The notes under the pieces are model-generated. The model ran no database searches and was not told where the DNA came from. It saw nothing but the letters and a program-made list of their open reading frames with translations. A program made the translations under genes and the position numbers. A DNA stretch of 64,000 nucleotides, from assembly GCA_963703315.1 (NCBI GenBank), contig OY969811.1, positions 448,001 to 512,000 on the forward strand, in the 5' to 3' direction. Positions 1 to 10,049 of the stretch are shown piece after piece; position 1 is the stretch's first letter, and every line of letters begins with the position of its first letter. This DNA is from an uncultured cyanobacterium (GTDB lineage Bacteria; Cyanobacteriota; Cyanobacteriia; Pseudanabaenales; Pseudanabaenaceae).

Positions 1-2
1 TA

Positions 3-146
3 AGCTTGATTGCTAATGGTTTAACGAATATGGAAATCTTGAGCGAGTATCCTGATCTTGAGGCGGAGGACATTAGGGCGAGTCTTTTGTATGCGGCTTT
101 TTTGGCGAATGAGGAGGTGCGGAGTTTTGTGGGGATGAGTGCGTGA
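3..146 (+). CDS. DUF433-family antitoxin, partial (5' end outside window)
   Basis: Frame from base 3 reads SLIANGLTNMEILSEYPDLEAEDIRASLLYAA..., a typical DUF433 C-terminus; its stop overlaps the next start (GTGA). Confidence 0.8.
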   Translation, partial: SLIANGLTNMEILSEYPDLEAEDIRASLLYAAFLANEEVRSFVGMSA

Positions 147-505
147 AGCTTTTGGCAGATATGGGAGTTTCCCAAACGGTTGTGAAGTCGTTGAGGGAAA
201 TGGGGTATGATGCAAAACACTTAAGGGAAGAGGGGTTGCAATGTTTGCCAGATCCGTTGATTATTGAGAAAGCAAAAATTGAAGGTCGGGTGATCTTAAC
301 TTTCGATTTGGATTTTGGCGATTTGATGGCTGCGAGTCAGGATGATCTGCCGAGTGTGATTATCTTTCGCTTAAAAAACACGTCACCTTTGTTTGTTTTG
401 AGTAGATTGCAAGGTGTTCTAGAAAGTTGCTCTGAGGAGCTAACAGTAGGTGCTTTGGCGATCGTATCTGATGAGCGTTATCGGCTAAGACGCTTACCAA
501 TTTAG
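143..505 (+). CDS. DUF5615 PIN-like toxin (partner of DUF433)
   Basis: MKLLADMGVS...RVILTFDLDFGDL...PSVIIFRL motifs; coupled to the DUF433 ORF. Confidence 0.85.
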   Translation: MKLLADMGVSQTVVKSLREMGYDAKHLREEGLQCLPDPLIIEKAKIEGRVILTFDLDFGDLMAASQDDLPSVIIFRLKNTSPLFVLSRLQGVLESCSEELTVGALAIVSDERYRLRRLPI

Positions 506-536
506 CTTTTTCCTTTTACCCTTTTACTTTTGCCTT
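506..536. repeat. Degenerate heptamer tandem repeat (STRR-like)
   Basis: CTTTTTC-CTTTTAC-CCTTTTA-CTTTTGC; a reverse-complement-like copy lies at 44334-44362. Confidence 0.5.
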
Positions 537-586
537 GTCAGGGGTTAGTTCTTTTTCTGGTTGAATGGTTTCTCGTTCCTATGGTT

Positions 587-3500
587 CTAAGGTTTCGTAT
601 TGAAGACTTCGGGAATTGCTGTCCAATCGCCAGAAGAGATAAAGGCTGCCCAATAGTAAGGATATTGATATTTTTTGAGTAGATCTAGCTGAATCGTTTT
701 GAGAGATTGGCTGCGCCCTTGATTTGCCTTGAGATTTTTGTAATAGCTCTCGACTAACTCCCTTGTGGTTTGGTCATTGACTTTCCAGAGGCTCATTACT
801 TGACTCTCGGCTCCTGCGAGGGTAAAGGCGCGGCGTAAGCCATATACGCCTTCGCCGTTAATGACTTCGCCTAGCCCTGTTTCATTTGTGGATAGAAATA
901 CGAGCTTAGTTCCGCGCAGATCGATGGTAGTGACATCTTGGGCTGTGAGTAAGCCATTGCAATTTGAGTCGGAGTCACTGCAAGATTGGCGCTGATTGAA
1001 GTTAGCGAGAACTAGGGCGGAACGTGAGAGGGGATTTTGACGGATCGGGGTGTCGGGGTTGGTGTTGGGTGGATCGGGTAGGAAGAATCCGTGGGTGGCA
1101 AAGTGGAGAATACTAGGGCTGCGGAGTTGTTTAGCGGCGGCTTTAGTGGCTTGGGAATGGCTCAGTAATCGTGATTGTGGCAACAGCGTCAGAATTGCAT
1201 TGGTTTCGGCGGCAACATTTGGGATAGGACAAAATATTATGTTGACTAAAGGAGTTATTTCTTCACCTTTTTCTTTATCTCTGGGGGCAATTTTGGATTC
1301 GCAGGGGTTGCGACCAATTAAACCAATTAATTTGTCTGAGGGGTTGCCGAAGTCGGGATCGGAGAAAAGAACGGGATTTTGGAGATTGATGCCTGTGCGT
1401 TTTAGGTGCAGCAAGTCTCGACCAGATGAGAGATAGGTGATGTCGTAGGTTTCGAGGAGGAAGCGGTTCTGCTCGTCAACTAGGGCGGCAAAGGGGATGA
1501 GGTTGAGTTGGCTATCAGGTGAAATGAGCAGATGACGGGCGTTGCCTAGTAATGGACGGATCGGTTGCATTAGTTTTTTGTCAAGTTCACGGGCGGATTG
1601 TTTGACTTCGGCTATGGTTAATTGCGGATCGGAGTCGCGATCGGGATTTTTGGGGTTGCGTCCTATGGCTTGGCGAAATGTTTGAATTGATGGCTCTAGG
1701 GTTGCTGCTTCGCCGAGATCTACCCATTTGGGTTCGCCTTGGGAATGGAGGATATAGGCAACGTAGCGAGGATTACCCCATTTGTCTTTATCCAGTGCGG
1801 CTTTAGGATTGAATGGACTGTAGCGAAATAGTTCGATGAGGACAGCATCGGTGGGGATTTGTTTTTGGACTGCCTCGATAGCGACAGTTTCGTTGAGCGT
1901 TTGCAGTTCAGCACTGCGTCGGTTAAGGTTGGATTCTAGTTCTTCGGTTTGTTGCTGGAGGGTGCGATATTTGTCGATGGGGGTATTTTTTAGGGCCAAG
2001 TTGGCGAGTTGGCTTTTGAGGGATAGCCAGCGATCGAATTGTGGTTGGATGTCGGGAGTGATGTATTGGCGGAGGGTTTGCAGGTTGGTTGATAATATAT
2101 CGAGCAAGCGACCTTTGCGTTGCAAAATGGCGGTTAGGGCTAGACGAATGGCGGCGGGATTTGTGGGGGCGGATTGGACGTGGAAGGAAATAGTGGACTT
2201 CGTTGTTCCAGAAACAGTTTGGATATAAGCCTGTTTTTGAGTTTCCGTGCCAAATGCTAGATTAAGTTTCAGGTTATGTTCTTCAACTTCAAGCCCTTTT
2301 TGGAAAAATGTAACTGCGCGATCAATATTCCCCTGTCCTTGATACAACACCGCGAGATTATTGAGACTTTTAACGACATCGGGATGCTCGGTTCCTAATG
2401 CTTTTTCTCGAATCGCGAGGGAACGTTTATATAGTGGTTCGGCAGCTAGGTCGTTCCCCTGTGACCGATATAACTCTGCTAGATTGTTGAGGCTTTGAGC
2501 AACATCAGGATGTTCGGTTCCTAATGCTTTTTCTTGAATCGCAAGGGAACGTTTATATAGTGGTTCGGCAGCTAGGTCGTTCCCCTGTGACCGATATAAC
2601 TCTGCTAGATTGTTGAGGCTTTGAGCAACATCAGGATGTTCGGTTCCTAATGCTTTTTCTTGAATCGCAAGGGAACGTTTATATAGTGGTTCGGCGGCTA
2701 GGTCGTTCCCCTGTGACCGATATAACTCTGCTAGATTATTGAGGCTTTGAGCAACATCAGGATGTTCGGTTCCTAATGCTTTTTCTTGAATCGCAAGGGA
2801 ACGTTTATATAGTGGTTCGGCGGCTAGGTCGTTCCCCTGTGACCGATATAACTCTGCTAGATTATTGAGGCTTTGAGCGACATCGGGATGTTCGGTTCCT
2901 AATGCTTTTTCTAGAATTGCGAGGGAACGTTTATATAGTGGTTCGGCGGCTGGATAGTTCCCCTGTGACCGATATAACACTGCGAGATTATTGAGGCTAG
3001 ACGCGACATTGGGATTCTCGGCTCCTAATACCTTTTCTCGAATTGCGAGGGAACGTTTATATAGTGGTTCGGCGGCTGGATAGTTCCCCTGTGACCGATA
3101 TAACACTGCGAGATTATTGAGGCTTTGGGCGACATCGGGATGCTCGGCTCCTAATGCCTTTTCTCGAATCGCGAGGGAACGTTTATATAGTGGTTCGGCG
3201 GCTGGGTAGTTCCCTTGTATCTGATATAACGCTGCGAGATTATTGAGACTATTGGCGACAAGGGGATGCTCAACTCCTAATGCTTTTTCTTGAATCGCAA
3301 GGGAACGTTTATATAGTGGTTCGGCGGCTGAGTAGTTTCCGAGTTTTTCGTATGTGACACCTAGATTACCTAGTGCCCTGCTCTCACTCAATATGTCTCC
3401 ACTTTTCTTCGCGATTGCTAATACATGTTGTTGGTACTCAATAGCTTTTTCATATTTGCCAAGGGTATTGTAAAGGATACCTAAATTTTCCAGTGCTAAG

Positions 3501-3766
3501 CGTTCACTCAGATTATCTTTGATTTCTCGCGAAACGACTAATGATTGTTGATAAAAATCTACAGCTTTTTGAAGTTGTCCAAGACTATCATAGACTAAAC
3601 CTAAGTAGTTAAGGCTTTGACCCTCTACTTTCCGATCTCCATTCTTTCGACTTATAGTTAGGATCTTTTGAAAGGATACTGCTGACTGAGCTAGATTACC
3701 CTGTTGGTAGAATGTAGTCCCCTCTTGAAAAATGTTGTTGTTTGATGTATCTTCAGAAACACTCAA
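587..3766 (-). pseudogene. TPR + CHAT-domain protein; 3' part of an IS630-interrupted AAA_35-TM-TPR-CHAT gene
   Basis: 42-aa kinesin-light-chain-type TPRs, then CHAT motifs LLISPDSQLNLIPFAAL, ILHFATHGFF, LRRAFTLAGA, PYYWAAF. The frame is open upstream of 3766 up to the IS boundary. Confidence 0.85.
2330..3330 (-). repeat. Eight tandem 126-bp (42-aa) TPR units, several nearly identical in DNA
   Basis: AAEPLYKRSLAIxEKALGxEHPDVAQSLNNLAxLYRSQGN repeated; gggaacgtttatatagtggttcggc recurs every 126 bp. Boundaries approximate. Confidence 0.9.
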
Positions 3767-3906
3767 TATTCGAGAAGTAGAAATAATCTCGATATTATCT
3801 TTTCCTAATACAGTCTCTTGAACTTTTTTGAGAATCTCTAATGTCTTTGAACTCTTATCATTATAAGCTCTTGCTAAGTCGCTTACTAATGGTTTTAATG
3901 AAGCTA

Positions 3907-4862
3907 TAGCTATAGCCAGCTAGGTTAGGACATAAAATAGAAAGAAACCGAGACATCTGAGCAACAACAATGCCAAAACCATATAGTTACGATTTGCGTC
4001 AAAAGGTAATGCAAGCAATCGAAATGGATGGACTGAAGAAAAATGAAGCCAGTCAATTGTTCGGGATTAGTCGAAACACAATCAACTTGTGGTTTGAGAG
4101 ACGGGAAGAAACAGGAGATATAACCGTGAAGGCAAGAGCATCGTCTAGTCAGAAGCCCAAAATTAGCGACTGGGAAAAGTTTCGAGAATTTGTCAAAGAG
4201 CATGAGGATAAGACCCAAGCAGAGATGGCAGAATTATGGGGAAATATCAGTCAAAGGTCTATATCACGAGCGTTAAAACAGATAGGATTTACCCGTAAAA
4301 AAAAACTTATGGTTATCGGGAACGAGATGAAGAAAAACGTAATGAGTTTCGCACAGCCTTAGGCGATCCAAAAGCATCCCACTTAGTTTACGTTGATGAA
4401 TCAGGTATGGATGAACGTGATAATTATGGATATGGATGGTCTGCAAAAGGTGAGCGAATTCATGGACTCAAAGCAGGTCGTCGCCAAGGACGTATTAATA
4501 TGATTGCGGGATATCGAGATGGACAACTAATTGCCCCCTTTACAATTAAAGGCTGTTGCAACCGCAACGTATTTGAAATCTGGTTAGAATCTTGCTTGAT
4601 TCCAACGCTCAAGGCTGGGCAATGGGTAATTATCGATAATGCTACTTTTCATCATGGTGGACGCATTCAGGATTTGATAGTAGCAGCAGGATGTAAGGTC
4701 GTCTATCTACCTCCATATTCTCCAGACCTTAATCGCATTGAGAAATGTTGGGCTTGGCTGAAATCTCGCATCCGCAAACTCCTACGTGATTCAGCTAATC
4801 TTCATGATGCTATTGACTCCGTTCTTGCCCTTGCTGCGTCCTAACTTGACTGGCTATAGCTA
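3907..4862 (+). mobile_element. IS630-family insertion sequence (956 bp) with TA target duplication
   Basis: Terminal IRs TAGCTATAGCCAGCTAGGTTAGGAC / TAGCTATAGCCAGTCAAGTTAGGAC; TA at 3905-3906 and 4863-4864; DDE transposase inside. Confidence 0.92.
3970..4844 (+). CDS. IS630 transposase, two ORFs joined by a probable programmed -1 frameshift
   Basis: HTH ORF MPKPYSYDLRQKV; A9 run at 4297-4305; the -1 frame continues KTYGYRERDE...VYVDESG...IIDNATFH...LPPYSPDLNRIEKCW. Confidence 0.9.
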
Positions 4863-6704
4863 TAACTTGCTTTGAACCTGTGTTAATTCACTCATAGCAT
4901 TACTTTGCTCTAGCTTTACTCTTGCTACTTCAGTTCGTGCGGTTTCTGCCTTTTTAATAGCCTCTTCAGCTTGCCTATCTGATTTGTCTAAGTTATCCCT
5001 AGTTGCTATCAGATCTTGATTTACCTGTTGGAAGTTTTCTTCAGAAGACTGTTGCGCTAACTCTGCCTCTTGTTGGGCTTTTCTTGCTTCCTCAGCTTGT
5101 TTTTCCGCTTGTTGCTTATTTTGAATCGCTATTTGAGAACTTTGATTAGCATCCTGAATTTGCTTCGCCAATCCATTTTTTTCTGACTGTAAATGATTCT
5201 TTTGTTGTTCTAAATTGGTTTTTTCTGCCTTAATCCCATTCAGTTGTGCTTGAGCATTGCCTAAATCTAGATTTTTCTGACCCGCAAACACTGTTGCAAT
5301 AGCTGCTCCTGACAGGGATAGACTGAGAATGATTAAACTAAAGAGAATTTTTTTGTTAGCTTTTCTGTGAGCTTGAGATAGAACTTCATTCGCTTCCTTT
5401 TCGGCTGTGAGAGCAAGTTGAATATTACGCTTCTCTGCATTTCGACTATCACGCAAAAACTGCTCATCTTCATCACTCAGTCGTTTCCCCTTTGCCCAAT
5501 CTTCTGCACCCTCTAGAGCTTGTCCTCGCAGTAAAAAAGACTCTTTCTGTTCATCACTTCCTACTTTCCAAGCTCTAAAAGCTTCCGCATAAAACTCTGG
5601 ACGCAAATCCGCTAACTGACCCTCCACCCAAGCATTATTAAACACCGCCCCATAGATCGGATTATAGGAAACCAACCGCCCATCCCGTCGCACCACCAAC
5701 CCCGTCAACCGCAACTTCGATCGCTCCTCACTGCGATCATCTTCCAACTCCCCATCCGCCAACACCTGCTGATAGCAACCCAACATCCGCCCCCGCAGCT
5801 TCTCCTCCACACTCAGCACGCGATCCCTAATCGTCGTCAAATGTGGCGGCGCATCCTGCGATTCCCAATTCGTGACAATCCGTTCCTGTACTAAATTCTC
5901 AACCCAATCCGCAATATTTTCAGGCGGTGCGATTCCTGCTAACTCCTTCTCCATCATTCCCAACAATCGCTGAATCAGAAAAGGCTGTCCACCCGTCCAT
6001 TTCACCGCCTCAGCTAGATAATCCTGTGGATTCGCCACCTTACTCGCTAAACCCTGCATCAAGGGCAAAGCCTCCGTCAGTGTAAACCCCGCCATCTCCA
6101 CCGCATAGCCAATATTAAATGCCGAAGTATTATGACTCTGAATCAAATCCGTCGGTGTCGCCACTCCCAAAAATGAAAAAGTGAGGCGGTTATAGTCAGG
6201 CTTAGTGGGACGATCTTCAAAAAACGATCGCACTAAACCAAAGAAATCATCCATGCCAAACTTGAGACTCAACAGGCGATCTATTTCTTCCACAAAAATC
6301 ACAATCGGCGTATCAATCTCTTGCAACACCACTGTCTCAATAAATTCCGCAAAGCGTTGCACAGGTGACAGCAATTCTCGTTCCCTAATCCAGCTCCGCA
6401 AATCAAACTTACTTTTTAAATCCAGATCTCCCACCAAACTGCGAATTGCACTGGCATACCACTGCTCGCAAGTCACCTCCACGCCAATCTTCTGCGGATC
6501 GATCGTCGCGCATACAATCCCCTCCGCTTGCAACTTATGCGTCACCCGCACCCGCAAACTCGATTTCCCCATCTGTCGACAGTTAAACACATAGCAATAT
6601 TTCCGCTCCTTGAGTAACTCGTAATAGTCGCGATCGCATTGACGCTCCACATAACTAGGCGCATCCGCAGGGAGACTACCACCAACTTGATAATTAAAAG
6701 TCAT
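4860..6704 (-). pseudogene. AAA_35 (STAND-like) NTPase + TM helix + coiled coil; 5' part of the IS630-interrupted gene
   Basis: YQVGGSLPADAPSYVER, CRQMGKSSL (Walker A), WTGGQPFL, LLRGQAL; hydrophobic ILFSLIILSLSLSGAAIATVFA. The stop codon is supplied by the IS end. Confidence 0.85.
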
Positions 6705-6750
6705 AGCTTTTGTTGCTTGTACTGTGGTTTAGGGCGGGTGATTGCAATCT

Positions 6751-6823
6751 GTAGGGTGTGGCGTCAGCGTAACGCACTCAATAACCGCAAATGATGCGTT
6801 ACGCGATCGTTAACACATCCTAC
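6751..6823. repeat. GTAG-type REP doublet (inverted pair)
   Basis: GTAGGGTGTGGCGTCAGCGTAACGCAC ... GATGCGTTACGCGATCGTTAACACATCCTAC; related copy at 51953-52027. Confidence 0.65.
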
Positions 6824-6842
6824 GACGCATAGTTTTTTTAAC

Positions 6843-7178
6843 TTAAGCGATCGCATAACCAGTATAGGGACGCACATCCGCAGGATGAAAAGCTAACACA
6901 ATATCACTAGCTGGGATTCCTGCTGCAACTAATTCTAGAGTTACACCATCCTCAGTTTCATCGCGCTGTACCCATATTTTCCCATTGATAATATCAAGAT
7001 GAATCAGGCAACCATGTACGCGGGTTTTCCGATCCCAGCCAAGAGTCATTAATAAATAACTATCATGTACTTCGTCAAAGAGAGGCTTACAAATTAATTC
7101 CCCGTGAGAATAAGGGATTTCAGTATAAGTAAGCAAAATTGACTGAACGATCTTGCGGTATTTAGCTAGCTTTTCCAT
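6843..7178 (-). CDS. xisI: XisI family protein
   Basis: YLLMTLGW, HGCLIHLDIINGKIWVQRDETEDG, GIPASDIVLAFHP motifs. Confidence 0.92.
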   Translation of the reverse strand: MEKLAKYRKIVQSILLTYTEIPYSHGELICKPLFDEVHDSYLLMTLGWDRKTRVHGCLIHLDIINGKIWVQRDETEDGVTLELVAAGIPASDIVLAFHPADVRPYTGYAIA

Positions 7179-7582
7179 TGTAAAATTTCCTCCTTTTCAG
7201 CATCAAATATAATTAGTTTAAGATTCTCATCTTCAATTAAAATTTGTCCAATTGGCTCCTCAAAAAAAGACGTGTAGATAACATCTCGAATTGCTAGATA
7301 TAAAATGAAATCTGGATAAGTGCGACGTAAAACAGCGCGATAGATTGCAAATTGACCTACAGCATCTCGGAAAGACTGCATTTCAGATAACCCAAGAAAG
7401 CTTTTGACTTCCACTGCAATTTTCTGTTCTGACCTCTCGGCAATAATTAATCTTTTCGCGCCCAAATCCACATACATATCTTTGCGTCCCCATCTTAGAT
7501 GTAAAGGATCATGCGTGATTGTCCAACCATCTTTAATGAGGGCTTGTTTAGCAGCATTGTGATAAATGTCAAGGGCTGGCAT
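7166..7582 (-). CDS. xisH: XisH family protein (restriction-endonuclease-like fold)
   Basis: ALIKDGWTITHDPL, DLGAKRLIIAER, IAVEVKSF, AVGQF motifs; overlaps xisI. Confidence 0.92.
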   Translation of the reverse strand: MPALDIYHNAAKQALIKDGWTITHDPLHLRWGRKDMYVDLGAKRLIIAERSEQKIAVEVKSFLGLSEMQSFRDAVGQFAIYRAVLRRTYPDFILYLAIRDVIYTSFFEEPIGQILIEDENLKLIIFDAEKEEILQWKS

Positions 7583-7591
7583 AAGGCTAAT

Positions 7592-9202
7592 TTACACTCC
7601 TAAACGGTTTTGGAAATAGCGCCGATATAGCTCATTGCGGATCTTTACACCTGTTTCTGTGCGTAATATTAAACCCATTCCATCTAACTTTGCCGTAGTC
7701 GCCAGATCAAAACGGATTGGTTGTGGTGAGTTAACCAGCGATCGCAAAACTTCGCTGAGATGAACATCTTTCTCAACCTTGGCTAAACGTGTGGTGAGGT
7801 GTTTGCCAAAAAGTCCCACTTCCGTCGCCGCACTTTGGAGGATCTGCTCAAGAGAATTTGCACCACTAGCTAAATTATAGAAAGCCATCCGTACAAGGTA
7901 AGGATGACCACCCACCAAATTAGCGATCGGTTCTATTTGTGTGGCTGATAATCCGTGCAATGTTGCCAATTGTTGAACTTGAGCAATAGTGAATTCATCC
8001 AAATCGATTGGTGTACCAACATTAAAAGGAGATTGATTAATATCTTTGGTGGTAAAAGATTCCATCGAATAGGCAAGCACTAGCCGCAACTTGCCCCATC
8101 TTTTGTCATGCTTACCCTGCTCATGCCAACCGCGCAACAAACCGCAAAAATCCACCTCGATCGCTTCGTGTAGAAATATGCGATCCAGATTTTCGATCGC
8201 AATCACCAACGGGCGATCGTCATCATCATTCAATAAATATCTTTCAAAAAATTCCTCACAGTTGCTGTTAGCGCCAAACATCTCATCCCAATCATCCGTC
8301 GGTTTCGCCTTCACTCCAAAATCACGCCCAATCACCGCACAAAACCACTGCAAAAAGCGATCCATATTTTCAAAGAACTTACGATCGCACTTTTGCAAAT
8401 CCAACCATGTCGTGCGATCACCCAGCCGTCGCGCTTCTTCCAAGACGCGCACCAACAGCGAAGACTTACCCATGCGATCAGGTGATTTTAAACGCAGCAA
8501 GGCATGGGGCATAGCGATCGCTTTAAAACATTGTTCCTGTTGCGGCGATCGCGGAATATAAAAATCTGAACCAATCCGTACCGCGCCTTCAGGTTCTTCG
8601 ATCGCGATATTTACCTTCGGCAAGACCTGACTTTCATGACTGCGCTCTAATAAAACAGGCGTTTGCGCTTCAGGGATATTTTTAAGAGCTATTAAGTTTT
8701 TACCCAACTCAAAAGCCTCTTTAACCGATCGCCCCTCAAATAACGCTCCATAAAATCCCTTAGCAAACTCGATCGCCGCCAAATCACCGATCGCCTGATT
8801 CATCCCCAATACATACGGCACATAACGAGCGATCGCCTCCGCTTGAAACTCTGAGAAGCAAGCATTCAGCACCACGCAGTCAATCCCATTTTGGAGAATG
8901 CGAAATAAATTTGCCAAAGCTTCAGTGGGTGCAAGTTGCCATTCGCCTGCATCATTTTCCAAAACCAAGCCATTCGCCGCCGCCCCATGTCCTGAGAAAT
9001 GCACTACACGCGGCACTTCCTGAAGCAAAATTGGCTGCAAGTCATCAATGCGTACTGCTGCCTTAGCGACAATGGCAAAGCGATCGCGCAAACTCGACTT
9101 CTGTAAGCATTCTTCAATTTCGCGAAACTCGGCTTCTACCCGCAAGCGATCAGTATTCGCAGGATTAGCAGACAGCAGCAGTACTTTTTTCTTATCTATC
9201 AT
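7592..9202 (-). CDS. CHAT (caspase-like) domain + AAA_35 STAND-like NTPase
   Basis: LLLSANP, VVHFSGHG (His), VVLNACFS (Cys); C-terminal PEGAV, RMGKSSL, QSPFNVG, VGGHPYLV. Confidence 0.88.
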   Translation of the reverse strand: MIDKKKVLLLSANPANTDRLRVEAEFREIEECLQKSSLRDRFAIVAKAAVRIDDLQPILLQEVPRVVHFSGHGAAANGLVLENDAGEWQLAPTEALANLFRILQNGIDCVVLNACFSEFQAEAIARYVPYVLGMNQAIGDLAAIEFAKGFYGALFEGRSVKEAFELGKNLIALKNIPEAQTPVLLERSHESQVLPKVNIAIEEPEGAVRIGSDFYIPRSPQQEQCFKAIAMPHALLRLKSPDRMGKSSLLVRVLEEARRLGDRTTWLDLQKCDRKFFENMDRFLQWFCAVIGRDFGVKAKPTDDWDEMFGANSNCEEFFERYLLNDDDDRPLVIAIENLDRIFLHEAIEVDFCGLLRGWHEQGKHDKRWGKLRLVLAYSMESFTTKDINQSPFNVGTPIDLDEFTIAQVQQLATLHGLSATQIEPIANLVGGHPYLVRMAFYNLASGANSLEQILQSAATEVGLFGKHLTTRLAKVEKDVHLSEVLRSLVNSPQPIRFDLATTAKLDGMGLILRTETGVKIRNELYRRYFQNRLGV

Positions 9203-9287
9203 GCGATCGGCATTAAAGTTATCTCTAGGTGAATTTTAGATGGCAATGCCAAGAGAGCGCTTGAATTTGCTTTGTTTTAAGATTTTA

Positions 9288-9556
9288 CTAAGATTCTGCT
9301 TTCTTAGGAAATACACATTTAACTGTAATTTTGAGATTAGAACTTGCGCCACCCGATGCGATGAAGGGGACACCTGCTTTAGCATCAAGACTTACGCCAA
9401 ATTCGAGGGTAACTTCGCTAACTTCAGCATTGCCTAAGCGGCTTGGGCATTGGCATCGAGGGTGAAGGCACGGGTTGTTGTTGGGTTTGTACTTTCTTCA
9501 ACTTGGAAATAAATGATGCTGCCATCTTCGATCTGGGTGGGAACAAGTTGGGACAT
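9288..9556 (-). pseudogene. Trypco1 / CU044_2847-like small protein, frameshifted or internally deleted (not in ORF track)
   Basis: ATG 9556 gives MSQLVPTQIEDGSIIYFQVEE..., stop at 9434. Another frame gives NAEVSEVTLEFGVSLDAKAGVPFIASGGASSNLKITVKCVFPKKAES* (stop 9288), the characteristic C-terminus. Confidence 0.7.
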
Positions 9557-9559
9557 AGT

Positions 9560-9663
9560 TAAGTAGCTAGGCATAAGTAAACTTAAAACCTAGAAGCTTG
9601 TGCCGCCCGCTACGCGGGCGGCACAAGCTCTGGTTTTGGTTTTTAACTATGCTGAGCTACTTA
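9560..9663. mobile_element. MITE family A (TAAGTAGCT...AGCTACTTA) with central hairpin
   Basis: Terminal IRs plus AGCTTGTGCCGCCCGC-TAC-GCGGGCGGCACAAGCT core. Confidence 0.7.
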
Positions 9664-9707
9664 GTTACTCGATTTATGAGTTTGCATCGATTTGCATTTT
9701 AATTAAT

Positions 9708-9742
9708 AAAAAAGAGGATGCGCTTAGCGCATCCTCTTTTTT
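9708..9742. terminator. Triloop hairpin / probable terminator after hup
   Basis: AAAAAAGAGGATGCGC-TTA-GCGCATCCTCTTTTTT. Confidence 0.65.
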
Positions 9743-9749
9743 GAAAGAA

Positions 9750-10049
9750 TTAGTCAGAAGGAGGGCTGACTTGTTCTTTGAAGGACTTACCAGCAGAGAA
9801 GGCAGGAACCTTAGTCGCAGGGATTTCCATCTTTTCGCCAGTTTTAGGATTACGACCTTCACGGGCTTTGCGATCGCGAGCTTCAAAGGAGCCAAAGCCA
9901 ACCAAAGTTACTTTGTCGCCACCAGCTACAGTATCGATGATTACTTCAAGCGTTGCAGAAAGAACTTCGTCGGCAGTCTTTTTGTTGACTGATACGCCTT
10001 TTTCAGCAGCTTTTTTCGCAATAGCATCAACTAGTTCACCTTTGTTCAT
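9750..10049 (-). CDS. hup: DNA-binding protein HU
   Basis: MNKGELVDAIA...LVGFGSFEARDRKAREGRNPKTGEKMEIPA. Confidence 0.97.
   Translation of the reverse strand: MNKGELVDAIAKKAAEKGVSVNKKTADEVLSATLEVIIDTVAGGDKVTLVGFGSFEARDRKAREGRNPKTGEKMEIPATKVPAFSAGKSFKEQVSPPSD

Noticed and set aside
2330..3330. Regular direct repeats as a possible CRISPR array
   Set aside because: 126-bp in-frame coding TPR units with no unique spacers and no cas genes.
3913..4856. Shorter IS boundaries (TAGCCAG...CTGGCTA)
   Set aside because: That empty site keeps a stop codon; only 3907-4862 restores the host frame and matches the MITE ends.
9240..9992. ORF-track entries 9240-9437 (+), 9600-9992 (+), 9674-9901 (-)
   Set aside because: Shadows of the Trypco1-like remnant, a MITE and hup.
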